From NCBI RefSeq assembly GCF_030144855.1, contig NW_026781435.1, positions 62,001-126,000 of the forward strand: a stretch of DNA of 64,000 nucleotides. Reading direction: 5' to 3'. The notes beneath the pieces were generated by a model. It was not told the DNA's origin, searched no databases, and saw only the letters and a program-made list of their open reading frames with translations. Source of the stretch: Hypanus sabinus (lineage: Eukaryota). This document shows, one piece after another, positions 37,800-52,660 of the stretch. Within the stretch, counting starts at the first letter, position 1, and each line of letters opens with the position of its first letter. The translations under genes and the position numbers were made by a program.

Positions 37800-38110
37800 A
37801 CTTTGACAAATCTCTCTCTTTCAATGCACTGGGCAGAAGACCATAATTGATTTTGTCAGCCCTGTTATCGATAAACCAGTGCAGAGGAGCAGAAACACCT
37901 TGGCCCCACCCTATCACAGGAGCAGCCTTACCCAGCACAGAGCACATCTTTAAGAATGATCGATCATCAAGGACCCCCACCATCCAGGACCTGCGCCCGT
38001 CCCTCTATTGCCATCGGGAAAGAAAAGAAGGGAGCCGCACTGCCCACACTACAGCTTCCCAAACAGTTGTTACCCTACAACCATCGGGATCAAGAACCAG
38101 CCTGGATCAA
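37800..38110 (+). mobile_element. Rex1/Babar LINE 3' fragment
   Basis: atcatcaaggacccccaccatccagga and ttgccatcggga resemble the IIKDPHHPG...LPSG C-terminus. Confidence 0.6.
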
Positions 38111-41100
38111 TTCACTATACTCAAATCGGAAATGATTCCACAAGTTTTGGAATCACTTTCAAGAACTCTGCATTATTTTCACATTGTTATTTATTTTTAT
38201 TTGCCCATCAATCCATCCGTTCATTGGTTATACGTTAATCTAATTATTTCTTGTTTGTCCAGTGAGTCATCTAAGGCACATTGGCTATTTGCATAGTCTA
38301 AATGTCTTCATGGTACTTCAATCTTTCAGTTGCATTCTTCTGTTCATCTCTGCATGCCAGCAAGAAAATAAAACTCAACGTTGTGTGTGTTGACATAACA
38401 TAGTTCGACAATAAATTTGGTTTTACATAGACGTTACCACATGATTATTGACCCGATTGAGAGATGACTGGAGCGTTCAAAATCCTCTGTTGACGTTGTT
38501 GATAGAGTGTGGCATTGCTACAATAATTGATAGATCGCAGTGCAATGGGAAGATCACGTGCTCGAAGGAAATCGTGGATGTATGTCTGGGCTCGGTGGCA
38601 GGAATCTACAGTTTTGTAGGCTGTGCTCCTTAATTGCACCGCCGACAAGTAATTTGCAGAAGGGTTCCAGTCAGTTATAAAGGCAAAAGAGTCCGGAAAA
38701 AAGTAAAACAGCAGTAAAAAAGGTAGATGTTAATATAATATTTAGATAGTCCATAAAAACATCAAACATAGAACCATAGAACACTACAGCACAGTATAGG
38801 CCCTGCAACCCTCCATGTTGGGCCGACCCATATAATTCTTCAAAAAAAAAGGACTAAACCCACACTACCCTGTAACCCTGCATTTTTCTTTCATCCATGT
38901 GCCTGTCTAAGATGCTTTTAAATGCCCCTAATGTTTTAGCCTCCACCACCATCCCTGGCAAGTCATTCCAGGCACTCACAACCCTCTGTGTAAAACAAGA
39001 ATTTACCCCTGATGTCTCCCCTAAAATTCCCTCCCTTATTTCTGTACATATACCCTCTGGTGTTTGCTATTGGTACACTGGGAAACAGCTACTGACTAGC
39101 CAGGCCGCTTATGCCTCTCATGATCTTGTAGATCACTATCAGGTCCCCTCTCATTCTTCTACACTCCAAAGAGACTAATCCCAGCTCTGCTGAACTTGCT
39201 TCATATGACTTGTTCTCCAAACCAGGCAACATCCGGGTAAATCTCCTCTGCACCCTCTCCATAGCTGCCTATAATGAGGTGACCAAACTTGAACACAATA
39301 CTCTAACTGCGTCAAAGTTGTGAAACATAGGAGCGCAAGTAGGACACTGGGCTATCTAGTCTGCTCCGCCATTCTAGCATGGCTGTGATCGGACCCACTC
39401 AAACACGTAGGCCTCCCTTCACGCCATATTATTTGATGGCCTGAACGATCAGGGAGGGATCGAATTCCGCTTTAAATATCTGCACGGACTTCGACTTCGC
39501 TGCAGTCTGCTCTAAACCGTCCAGTGCTGGATTGCTCCCACCACAGAAAGCATTCTCTCCATATTCACTCTATCTGTTCCTTTCAACATTCCATAGGCTT
39601 CAAAGAGGTATTTCCGCATTCGACTAAATTCCAGTGAGTTCAGGCCCAAAGGTGTCTAACGTGCCTCACATGTTAACTACATTCTCGGAATCATTATCTG
39701 GGCACTTTACAATGACAACCTATCCTTTCTCAGATATGGTCCAAGACTGGTGTCTTTGAAAATCTGTGCATCATCTCATTGTCTGTCTGCCATTCTTCTG
39801 TCCATGCCAGTATCAATCCTCTAACTCCATAGGATTTTATTTTGTAATACAGCCTCATTTGTGGTACCTTTTCAAATGCCTTCTGAAAATCCAAGTGAGT
39901 GATAGCCACTGCGTCTGTCCACCTCGTTTGTAACTTTCGTAACTAACTGTATCAGATTTACATTCAGAAAAGCTATGATGACTTTTACATATTTTGTCAT
40001 TAGTCTCCAAGTACCTCGCCATCTCATCGTTAAGAATAGACTCCAACCCTTTCATAGTTCGATTCGGCTATGATTAGGCCTATCATTTCCAGCCGTTTGC
40101 CTTCCTCCCTTCGTAAAAAGTGGAGTGACATTTGTTATCTTCCCGTCCAGCGGCACATGAGAGAATCAAGTCGTTCTTGAAAGAAGATGACCAATATATC
40201 CATGATCTCTGCAGGAACCTCTCACAGGAGTCTGGGATGCAATCCATCTGTCGCGTTGACCTATTCACCTTAGGACATTTGTGTTTGGCGAGCACTCTTT
40301 CAGTTGTAACAGAAAGGTTACGCTCGCCCGGTCCCTGACGCTCTCGGGACTCTGTCACTGATAGTGCCTGACACAGGAAACACATATGAAAAGATCCTGT
40401 TAGGTACAAGGGGCATTTCATCCCTTATTGCTATTTATAGTCGTAAATAGAGTATATTCGTTTTCAATTGTTACATTTCCTGTGCCCCCAAGTCTAGATA
40501 TGAAAAATACATGGCGTTCTACCGACCAATGTAGCAATAATTTGATAGGGACCATTTTGGGAACAGTGCCATTAATCACAGAAGGGCTAATGTCGTTATA
40601 GTTTATGATCAGACTGGTCTTCACGGGGAGCGCTCATTCCGACAAATGCCAAATAATAAAGCTTTGGGCAGGAACTGGAAAAACTCAATTAATTATCACC
40701 GTCTGTTCAAAGTCCCCACATGACACGTGGATATCCTATAATATCGATCTCAGTAGTAGCATTTTTTTTCTGAGGATGGAGCAGGAGAAGGCGATGTTCG
40801 AGGGGCTCGATGTTTTGAATCATTTAGATATGGACTGAAGAAAATAAATCATGTTTAATGTTTATTCATCCCTTATCGAGTCAGACATGCGGAAGCTATT
40901 GCACAAAGCGCGAATGTTGAAACAAGGGATATTGAGAAGGTATATGAGGCGCAAGTGGGGAGAGAGGAGAATGGTGGACCTTTGTATGAAGAAAGCAGTG
41001 GATCTTGAGACAAGAAACTCGGAAAATCCTTGATGATTAATTCACATCGGTTTTCACCACGAAAACGAAAACGTTGTAGGATAAGATCAGGAGGCGAAGG

Positions 41101-44099
41101 ATTATATTGCAGGGTACGATGAGTTGAGACATTTCAGTAAACGCAATTCTGCATTTGGTCAGTATCCCGCTGCTCCAGAAACTGTCGTTTTTCTCCACCA
41201 TCTAGCTGTCTCCGCTGATCCTCCTTTCTGCTCTTCAAACCATTCAATCCCTATAAGCATCCCTCTGTCCCTTTCATTTCGAGCCATCGCGCTGTCTCAG
41301 TGCCGGTGACCTGCCCGATGCGGCAGTCCCAAGTTCGGTAGCCCCGCCAACAATATCCAAGTCGTTAAACATGTTATTGATGGGAACAGCCTCAGAGTAT
41401 TCTGCACTGGCTGTTTATTCCTCTTCATCTCCTGTCGTTCACATAGATACCTGGCAGCTGCAACGGAGCGATAACACCTGATTCTCCGGTAAAGAGCAGA
41501 ATGTCACTAAGGTGCATCTCCAGGTTCAGACATAAAGTAGATGAACTTGTTGCTCTGTTGCAGATTCTCAGATTGTATGATGTTGTGGCCAACACTGAAT
41601 CGTGGCTGAAGGTTGGTCGCATTTCGTAAGCGAAATTCTAATTCTACACGTTGTATCGGAGGGATAGGAAGATCAGCAGAGTGCGTACCGTGGCGCTGCA
41701 GGTAAAGAATGGCATCAGCTCAGTAAAAAGTTGTGAAATAGGTTCGTAAGCCATTGTGGCATGCTTTGAAAAAGAGACAGCAGAAAAGGACCCTCATGGG
41801 AAGTAAGGCCACCCAACTATAACTGGAATACAGATCACAGATTTTAAAGAGGAAAAATGTCCGCATAAAGGACAATGTTATAATAGCCATGGGAGGTTTC
41901 TGCATGTAGCTCGATTGATTTGGCTTTTTTTTCAGTTTGTCCGTCAGCCGACTTGGGAATCAGCTATTTACATTGGGTACTATCAAATGAATCGGAAAGG
42001 ATTGGGAAGCTGAAGTTAAAATAACCTTTCAGAGGCAACGATCACACTATAACTGAGTTCAATTTGAAATATTATAGAGAGAAAATAATGTCTAAGGCAG
42101 TATTATTTCACGAGCGTAAGGGAAATTACAGTGGTATGACAAGGGTCGGGCAAAAATGAAAAAAAATATATATTTTGAAGGAGATGCTGCTAGGATTGTG
42201 CGCAGGGCAGAGATGCGGTGAGCTGCTAAAACAGAGGAACGTACTCCAATCAATTATTTTACACAAAGAACTGATAAATTTACTGAGTGGCGCCTTTACT
42301 TTCTGTGTTTCTACAAACCACACCACCAAATAACAGTTTTAAAGTACATTCTCTACTGTCTGATATTTTACGCCTTGGGCTTGTACCGGGGTGCATTACA
42401 CACATTTACGTAAACGTGAGTACACAGTCTGGGAGGGCCTGCGGCAGTTTCCCCGAGACGAACGTGAGTTGATAGAGCCGTGTGCTCCATTAACATTTCA
42501 TTTGGCTTCCTCAACTCTCTGCAAATCGTTCTGCAGGGATTCTTCCCAAAAGGCTCTGCATCTCGCTTCTTTTAATGTTCTCCCCATTGATAAAAGACTC
42601 CAGGCCTCTTCAGAGAGTATACAGTATATTCCATGGCGATGGAGTTGTTTTAGATTCCAGTCCTGTGTACATAGATAGGAACATGCATTTGTCTCCCTCG
42701 CCACTGACACAATCTGCAGATTTTCCTGTGGCTGTGCAGCTCTGAGATTTTTCATTTCAACTGCTTTTTCCATTTTCGAAATAGTCCACGCCTTTGCTCC
42801 TTCTGTCAAACTCTGAGTATATGCACTTCCCTGCATATTATTCTTTCTGCCAATACTTTGCATATTCTCCAGTCTGTCTAATCCCTTCTGAAAGCACCGT
42901 GAATGCTCCACTCTGTCTGCTCTTCCATCTACATTCGCATGATCCGCACAGTCTGCCACAAAGAAATAAAAATCCTTCACCGAAAATATTGATGTACAAC
43001 GCGATAAGAAGCGGTCCCAACAACGAGTGCAGCGGAACTCCACTGATCACCGCCGTCCAATCAGAAAATGACATACGCAGTAATGTTTGTGGACATCCCC
43101 AGTAGGCCAGAATATTTCAACACCAGCAGGATAATCTGTAACTTCCGACCAGCTGAGAAATTAACGTGTTTGGCTATGTCCGGTCATGAGGTTTCACCAA
43201 CTGCTGAGATACAGAGAGGGCACAATAACTTACTGTCAATACAAGAGTCAGATTCCTACAAATCATATGACTACCGAGGAGTAATTACAGATTGGACAAT
43301 CCATAATAACCGTCCGGATAAAGATATCATAGCGTAGACAGTGAACAGCTTACTGAATATAAACAGCCGTTACCAACTCAGTTAACCTGCAGAAATAAAT
43401 GTAAAAAAAAAACACGATATGCTCAATTAAAAGAGGAAAGTGAAAGAGGATAATACATGAACGGGTTAAATATTGAACCAAAAGTAATATTTGTAACGAG
43501 TATTATCCCTGTCATACAAAGCCACATCAAAATATTAGCCCTTCAGATAATACATATATAAATATATATATATATATATAATTTTCAAGAAATCAGCAAC
43601 ACTATGCAGATCTAAATACTCCGACAGGTCTATCAGTGGTGCGATGAGGTTTGTTATCCACTCTCGTTCCAGAACCTGCTATTTGCGATGGCACTGCTGC
43701 TCGGAAACTTGAAGGAGGAATCCTGAACACTGAATTAACTCCCTGGTTCAAAATGAAAAAAAAAAGTCAAACTAAAATTATCAGTAAAGTCCACCTGCGA
43801 TGCCGTCAATAAGGCACCTTTACTTCTTTAGTTCATGAGAATTACAAGGAAATTCACCAGGAGCCAGTACACTCTCCCCAGAATGTAACCCATCCTGTCC
43901 ATTTATACCCATCGGCTAATTATTGACTCGGCAGTTTTTCATGTTGCATATACTCTCTCTCAGTAATTGGCAATCGGTTCATCGGTGTCCAGACACAGTG
44001 AAACAGTGTGATGATGTTATTTTCTCTCTGTATATATTTTGCTGGCCATCAGGTCAAAATAGAACCTGATTTTTTTTTTATTGATTGCAGAAGAAAAAA

Positions 44100-46560
44100 A
44101 GATTGAATCTATAACGTTTCGTAAAATATAACATTATACGATATGGAGTATTGGATTGCCGTCAGAAAACAGAGACTACGAATAACGGGATCCAATTCTG
44201 GCTGGCTGCCGTTTAACAGTGGAGTTCCACAGGGTTCAGCGTTGGAACAGCTGCTTTTTAAGATGAATGTCAATGATTTGGGCGACGGTATTAAAAGATT
44301 TGTGGCTGCATATCCCGATGATAGAACAATAGGAGAAAGAGAGTGTCGTGTTGGGGAAACAGAGAGCCTGCAAAGAGACTGCGATAGTTTAGTAGAACGG
44401 GCAAAGAAGTGGCCAGTGAAATGCAATGCGGGAAATTGTACGGACATGCACTTTGATAGAAGCAATAATCGAGCAGGCTATAATTTACGTCATGTGATTA
44501 TGCGGCTCTATCGGGCACTGAGGAGACCATACTTGGAGTACAGTGTGCAGCTTTGGGCTCCTTATTTTAGCAATAATGTACTGACATTGGAGAGGGTGTA
44601 GAGAAGATTCACAGAAATTATTCAAGAAACGAAAGGTTTGCCAAATGAGGAACGTCAGGCAGCTATTGGACTGTATTCACTGGACGGGGCAGCTTACCTG
44701 ATGGAAGCAACTGTGGCCGTGGCTCCAGCACAGAGGTCGGATCAGTGGCTCAGAAAGGTAGGGAAAGGAATGGGAAGGCAGTAGAGAGAGGCGTTCGGAC
44801 AGGCGATTCTGTTGACGCAAGAAGGAACCTCGGATGTTAGGTTGCCGACCAAGTTACAGGGTCCGGGAAGCTTGAGATCGTGTCCAAGATATCCGGCAGT
44901 GGGAGGGAGAGCAGCCGGAGGTCGTGGTACATATTGATACGAATGAAAACGGTTGGAAAAGGGCAGAGGTCCCGAAGTAAGACGATAGAGAGTCAGTCAG
45001 GCAGTGGGAAAACGGGTCCGCAAAGGCACTAATCACGGGACTAATGTCTGTGCCACGTGACCCTGAATATAGGAATAGAATGATTTGGAGGATAATGCGT
45101 TGATGTGGGATTGGAGCAAGGGACAGAGATTCAGATTTCTGGATCATTGCGACTTCCTTTGGGGCAGATGTGATCTGTACAGAAAGGGCGGGTTGCACTT
45201 GAATACCAGGGGGACCAATACCTTGGTGGGCCTGTTTGCTAAGACCACTGTGTAGATTTAAAACTAGAATTGTTGGGGCTTGGGAACCGAACTGAAGAGA
45301 CTGAAAAAGAGGAGGCTGGCTCACAAATAGAGAAAACGTCGCCAGTGCGAATGGTAGGATAGGCAGGTGATAGAGAAGGGACTCACTCCGACCGACTGTT
45401 TGAGGTCGGTCTACTTTAACGCAAGGAATATTGTGAAAAAAGCGGATGAGCTCAGAGCGTGGTTCAATTCTTGGAGCTGTGATGTGGAGGAGTGGGCGTG
45501 GCACTGTTGATCTGGGAGATTGTCACGGCTGCAGAAAAGGAGGGCGTCATGTTGTCGTTGTAAACGGAGTCTCTGTGGGTGGAGGTTAGGAACAGGAGGT
45601 GTCAATAACTTTACTGGATATGTTAATAGGGCGCCCAATCGTAACAGACCATTTAAATGGGTAATCAAAACAGAGCTGTCGTGATGGGAGATAGATTTTA
45701 CTTTCACAAATATCGATTGGTAACTCCCAAGAGGAAGTATTTAGATTGGGTGCAGTTTGGAAGGTATTTTCATGAAGTTTTCTTGACAAAATATTTGGAT
45801 AAGCCTACAAGTTGGAAGACTGAAGCTGACTTGGTGTTGGGAAACGAAACTGGTCGGGTGTCAGATCTCTCAGTGGGAGAGCATTTTGGAGATAACGATC
45901 ATAATTCTATCTCCTTTAAAATAGCATTGGAGAAAGATGGGAACCGGCAAATTAGAAACGTGTTCAATTGGAGTAAGAGGAATTGTGAGGCTATCAGGGA
46001 GGAAACTGGAAGCTCATATTCGGAACAGATTTTCTCAGGGAATTGTACGCAAGAATTCCGGCAAATGTTCAGGGTGCATTTGTGTGGATTTCTGTATAGG
46101 TACTTTCCAAAGTGACAGGGAAGTTGTGGTGGGGTACAGGAACCATGGTGTACAAAGGCTGCAATAAATCTGGTCAGAAAGAAAAGATTACAATGGGTTC
46201 AGAGAGCTCGGTAATGTTAGAGATCTAGAAGATTGTAAAGCTAACAGGAGCGAGCTTAAGAAGGAAATTCGGAGATCCAGAAGTGGCCATGGGAAGGCCT
46301 TTGCGGGCAGAATTAAGGGAAATGTCAAGACTCTCTGCAAGTAAAAGAAGTGCTAAAGGACAGAACCTGAAACAATAGGACGTATCACGTGTGACAGAGG
46401 GAATGTGTTTATGGAACCGGAGGATATAGCAGAGGGACCTAAGTAATTCTTTACTTCAGTACTCACGATGGAAAAGGATCCTGGTGAATGTAGTGATGGT
46501 TTGCAGCAATCTGAAAAGCTTGAGCATGTCGATCTTCCGAAGCAGGATGTGCTGGAGGTT
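44100..46560 (+). mobile_element. Rearranged CR1 fragments (RT, then ORF1 end/endonuclease, then RT start)
   Basis: SGVPQGSALEQLLF...YPDD, RPYLEYSVQLWAPY, then DLVLGNETGRVSDLSVGEHFGDNDHNSISF. Confidence 0.8.
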
Positions 46561-47925
46561 TGCAACGGAGTTCTTTGGAGATCCGTCTGCCACCTCGAGA
46601 ATAATTTAATAACCCACACTGGCAAAACGGCTCAGCAATCGTCCGTCTCCAGCAGCATTCCCTATCGCCATGTCTCTGGGAAATTAAATAAATTCTGGGA
46701 CACTTGGTGTAGTGGTGTTCCTACCTGTCCAATTGGATGGAGTACATTCTATATGTGGGGAAGGTAATTGCAGAGGAAAGGCCACATGATGTCTATTCAT
46801 TTATGAATCCCTCTTAGTTTGGCCTTTCTCCTTCTCCGAATCTACTCTTTTCCCGCCGCTGTCTGAAAAGCCTGACTGCCTGGGTGCCTTCGGCGTACTC
46901 CTGACTCCTCCCACATTCCAAACATCTATCTGTTTATAGGTTAACTGGTCATTTTAATTGTCCCATTCGTAGGGTCGCTTGGACCGTGAAGCATTGCGCC
47001 ATCCAAGGCCCGACCTTTGGACCAACTGGAAGTAAGACTTTTGAGAAGGAGCCTTTCCGGTAGGCAGAGCCATGAGAGCGAGTTGCATCGGACAGTGTTA
47101 CGCTCCAGCAACAATGAATATATAATTGAGACTGTTTTATTTTTCTCTTGTTACGAAGGATGAACAGCTCTGATGGGCAGCAGGGTGCAGAGTTGCCCAT
47201 GTGCCCCCCCGGGAGAATCACAAACCGTTACTGTTGCCATGCTGCTAATGGGAGAGAGAGAGAGATGTCAGGGAAAACATGCTGGGATAGGAACATCTGC
47301 TACAGATAAGAGAGAGATAAAGCAGGGGGAGAGAGACTTGTTGATTCACCATATTATGACTTCTGAAAGACTTATGGCTTTTGGGAGGGTTGTTTATCTT
47401 GTACTATTCTGTTCATTAAAATTCCTCAGTGGACAGCCGGAGTGGGCTGGTTTGATGGACACAGCCATTCAAAATTGATTAACACCTGATACCCCGTAAG
47501 TAGGGATAAAGGTGAGGTCTGAGGAGACACCCCTCAGGCAAACCACCCCTCAGATACACTATTTAGCACTGATTCAGTGGTGGAACCCACGGGAAGGTGT
47601 GGGGCATCGGAGACCGAACAACGAGATCGGTCAGTTTAACTCACAGTGTTATTGCAGGGCAGGTGGGGGCTTCAGTGTGAGTCCGCCTTTGCCAGACTGA
47701 CGAGTCCACCGCAGAAGAACGGTCCTGCTGAAGGACAGAGGGGTCATACCTGAAATGCCACAACGAAACGATGGATCAAGAGCGTAAAGGCAGTTTTGCC
47801 TGTCTGTAGCTATTAATGCTCATTCTCTCTCTCTCCTCATTTCCTCCTCATCGTCGCCCTAAGTCTGCTAAGCCGTACTAAGCCGTAGGTATGCAGTCTG
47901 GATCTCTGCGGAGATCTCTCATCTC

Positions 47926-47933
<8 letters not shown>

Positions 47934-47986
<53 letters not shown>

Positions 47987-48010
47987 CACTCTCTCCCTCT
48001 CTCTCTCTCC
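47934..48010. repeat. (CT)n microsatellite
   Basis: Long CT run, imperfect at its 3' end. Confidence 0.95.
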
Positions 48011-48168
48011 AACGATTACAACACAACAACCAACATCTACGTCAGCACGTATGAACTGAACTGAACTACTGAACTTTATACTTATAAATGACGATTCATT
48101 ATCCCCTAGACATCAATAGAGCTTGTTTATTATTGATTATTATTATACACACATTTTTAGGTTTATGA

Positions 48169-48297
48169 NNNNNNNNNNNNNNNNNNNNNNNNNNNNNNNN
48201 NNNNNNNNNNNNNNNNNNNNNNNNNNNNNNNNNNNNNNNNNNNNNNNNNNNNNNNNNNNNNNNNNNNNNNNNNNNNNNNNNNNNNNNNNNNNNNNNN
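48169..48297. other. Assembly gap (N run)
   Basis: Run of N. Confidence 1.
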
Positions 48298-50099
48298 TGT
48301 ATATTTTACTAATTAACGCTTCTGAAAATAATACCACCAGACTCCAACAGATACTTCTTTCTCTGCTGGTTAGACACTCAGTTACGGGGTACGTAACAGT
48401 CTAACATATAAAACATGTATTAAACCCTGCTAAAACAACCCCAAAATAAACAAACGACTAACTTAACCGGATGTCGGCTGTCCTGCGGCAGCTTGAACAG
48501 TTCTGAAAGCGATAATGCGAAAACAGATCTTAAAGCGATTGTGTATAAATATATTCTTAGAAGAAGTAATCCGAAAGTCCAAAGGTTTTACCCAGTCGCT
48601 TCGGACAGACGTTCCTGAGGTATAAATTCTTTTGTTTTGTTACTGCCTATCCCAGCCAAAGTATGCCTTGCCCGCAGGATTTACGATGAAGAAAATAAGA
48701 TGGTTTAAAGGCACTGACCTGTCGTGGGCGAAACCCTGCACCCAGTCATTTCCGCCCTTCCAACAGGGACTAATATGGGTACCGATGACCAATTCTTTCC
48801 GAAGGAGGATCAAACAATGTCGAAAATATTTCACCGTCAAAATCAACTTTCCTCAATCTTTCGGGTTTTCCGAACTTCGATAATTCTTTACTCTCCGACA
48901 GAACTTTAACTGACAGCAATTTTCGGAATTGCCGCCTCAACCTTTGAAATAAGGCAGAATGTAACATTCCACTTTAAAACAAATCTGCGTCATAACATCG
49001 AATTCGCAACGGAACGGAGTCACTGGCAAATTCAATCACGATTTGCCGCGCGTCGCAGTGCGGGTTTCCCCTTTTATAACCTGTTGAGAAAAAAACCTAT
49101 TCCATGACCTCTCAGTGGCGGGAAAATCACGTCACTCCACCATCACAAGACATTTACATCATGCCCAGCGGAGCCTCTATGACATCAACTCCTGTGAGAG
49201 GCACAAAACTACCCACTGGTTAGTAACAATAGCATGGCTTCAAGTAAAGTACAGAGGGCAGTGATGGAGGACATCCATTCTGCATGAGAGAATTGTTGGA
49301 AATGTCCTTGCGTTTGACTTGGTCGAAAATGGGAGTGACTCATAGATACTCTCGCAGATGACACAAACGTGATTGAGTTGTAGAAGTTGAGGGAGCCTGC
49401 TAAAAGTCCAGTTGGAAATATGGCCGGGGAAATGAAAACTTTGTGATACTAATCCGACAGACTGTGCTCGAATGATACTGAAATAATAGAACAGCACTTT
49501 TTTTTAATATAGAAGAAATGGAAAGAACAGAAGACATTTTATGCTGAGGTACGATAAGAATGTTCAGCTTGGCCGAAACACCTGTTCGTGGACAGGTAAT
49601 TCAGTAACTCTGCTGTTCGATTCACTAATCGAATAAAAACGTAGATTTGTATTCAGCCAGCAAGTGGAGGTTTGTGAGGCAGAGATTTTATGTTGTAACC
49701 CGGGAATCGCATTTTATTCACAACGCATAAAAAACAGTCCATAGTTAATGTCCGACAGTAAGTCCTTCCCTGGAACAGTGATATATGTAACTGACTCGGA
49801 TGTCGGCCAATAGGCTAGGTAATAATCTGACCGATGACACAAAAAAGTTTACAAGTTTACAAGCATGACATTTACTCAGGGAGTGGTGGGTACATGCGAT
49901 CAGGTTCCTGGAGTGGTGGTAGAGGCACAAGGATAAGTGGCCTTTAAATTTAGCCAAGACAGACTTTTGTTTATGAGGAAAATGGAAGGGTATGTTCATT
50001 TTACAAGCAGAAAACATCAGTTAACCATTATGGACTACAACTCAATACAGAATGTTCGGACGGCAATGTTGTGCCGAACGTCTACTAACATTTTAAATT

Positions 50100-52660
50100 A
50101 CCTCGTGTTACGGATAAGCTCCATGTGCCTATCCAGGAGTCGCTTAAAAAGCCCTTTGCTCATCCGCCTTCACCACCGTCACCGGCAGCCCTTTCCACAG
50201 ACTCACCAATCTCCGCGTAAAGACCGTAACCTGACATCTCCGCTGCACCTCCTTCCAGCAGCCTAAAGCTGTGCCCTCTTGTGATAGCCATTTCAATTCT
50301 GGTATAAAGCCTTTGACTACTCAGATGATCAATGCCCCTCATCACCCTATACAGCTTTATATGGTTACCACTCATCCACCTTCGCTCCAACGACAAAAGA
50401 CCAATCACATAAGGTATGCTCCCCCATCCAGGCAACATACTTGTGAATCTGCTGGACACATTTTCTTTGGTTTCCAGATCCTTCCTGTAGAGATGCCACC
50501 AGATCTGAGCCCAGTACTCCAACCTGGGTCTGAATAGGTAACAAAATAGCTACAACATTACCTCTCGGCACTTAAACACAATCCCACGATTATTGAAGGC
50601 GCATGCACCGTATGGCTTCTGAACCACAAAGTCAACCTGCGCAGCTGCTTTGAGCGTCCTGGACTCGGACCCCAAGACCCTTATGAAAATCGACACGGCA
50701 AAGACTTACCATTAGTAGTATATTTTTGCCATCATATTTGACCTACCACAATCAACCTCTTCACATTTACGTACGTTGAACTCCATCTGCCACTTCAATG
50801 CACAGTGTTGTATGCTAGCAATGTCCCACTGTAACATCTGACAGCCCTGCACAATACCCACAACACCTCAAACCGTTGTGTTATCAGCAAATTCACCAAC
50901 CATTCCCTCCAGCTCCCCATCCAGGGCATTTAGAAAAATCGGGAAGAATAAAGGTCCCAGAACCGGTCACTGTGATACGCCCATTGGTCACCGAATCCAT
51001 GCGGAATACGACCGGTCTACAACCCTAATGCAAGCCCGTATCGGACTACAAATCAATGCCACTTGGATCCCATGCCTCCTCACTTTCTCAATTAGCCTTG
51101 TATGGGGCACCTAATTAAATGCCTTGCTGAAATCCAGATACACTGGATTCTTCCATCGTCTGCATGTTTAGTGACTACCTCAAAAAAATGCAATCAGGCT
51201 TGGAAGGGAAGACAAACCCTCGGCAAAGTGATGCTGACTGTTTCTAATCGTATCATAACTCTCCAAATGATCACAGATCCTGCTTGTTAAGTTCTCGTCC
51301 TTCATGTTACCAACCACTGAAGTAAGACTCACTGCCTATATTTTCCTGGCCTATCTCTACACACTTTCTTGATTAAAGCGACAGCAACCGCAACCTGACA
51401 ATCAACTGGAACCTCACCCATTTGAATTAATGAGATAAAGATCGTCTTCCGAGACACGGTCATCTCCTCACCCGCCTCCCGCATTTGCCTGGGGTACATT
51501 TTTTCCGATCTGTCGACTTAACCAACCTGATGCTTTCCAAAATCTCCAGCCCATCCTCTTCCATAATATCCACATGCTGAAGATTTTCTGTTTGCTGAAA
51601 GTCATCACTACATTCTCCAAGATCCTTTTCCATGGTGAATACTGAAGTAAAGAACTCTTTAGGTACCTCTGCTGTTTCCTCTGTTTCCATGCACACCTTC
51701 CCATTGTCACACGTGGTAGGACCTAATATTTCACGACGTAGCCTCTTGCTCTGCACATACTATGATCACTATCTTCAACATTATCTCCCAATGATTGATC
51801 TGACATCCGAACAGGTTCATTTCCCAATACCAAACCAAGTACATTCTCTCCTCTTGTAGGCTTATCTACATATTTTGTCAAGGGAACATCATGAACACAC
51901 CTAACAAACTCCACCTCATCTAAACCCCTGCACTGGGGAGATACCAATCGATATTTGGGAATTTAAAGTCTCCCATTACAACTCTGCCTTAATTGCAACT
52001 TTCCAGGATCTTCCCCATCTGCGCTTCGATATCCCTGTTACTATTGGGCGGCTTACAAAGACACCCAGTAAATTTATTGACCCTTCCTGTTCCTAAACTC
52101 TCACCACAAAGACCCTGTAGACAATTCTTCCATGATGTCCAACTGTTTTGCTGCCGTGACACACTCTCTGTTAAAACGTGCCACGCCCCCTTCACTTTTG
52201 CCTTACTCCCTACCCGTGAGCCATCCAAGTCCCTGCAATAGCCACCACATTGAAGCTACAAGTACTGATCCATGCTCAAAACTCATCCGCTTTGTTCACA
52301 ATACTCATTGCGTGAGAATAGACACATCTCAAATCGCCGGTCTCAGCGCGTCCCCTCTCTATCGGACACTCACTTACCTATCCTATCCTCACTCACGCAC
52401 TGTCTACAAGCTTTTTATATTTGAGAGCAAACCTCCTCTTCTTCAGTTTATTCAGTTCTTTTCCTATCATCCAATAGTTCTAGTTGAAACTCTCCCCAGT
52501 AGCCTTAGCAAACCTCCCCAGCAGGATATTGGTCCCCTTGGGATACTAATGCAACTCTTTCTTTTTGTAGAGGTCACACCTGCCTCAAAAGAGGTCCAAA
52601 AGATCCAGAAATCTGAATCTCTGTTCGCTGCTACAATCCTGTCCATCGCCTCCTCACTCA
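50100..52660 (-). mobile_element. Degraded CR1 ORF2 and ORF1-end fragments
   Basis: Minus ORFs MEYWAQIWW...RFTSMLPG...LERR, KYVDKPTRGENVLGLVLGNEP and SDFWIFWTSFE. Confidence 0.8.

Larger units (their letters stand above)
47487..48398. mobile_element. Putative solo LTR containing a (CT)n run and an assembly gap
   Basis: Imperfect inverted termini TGATACCCCGTAA ... TTACGGGGTACGTAACA (TG...CA). No target-site duplication recognised. Confidence 0.5.

Noticed and set aside
30400-43100. Numerous 60-180 aa ORFs in the inter-GPCR spacer
   Set aside because: They have no recognisable domains other than LINE remnants and are mostly antisense readings of decayed repeats.
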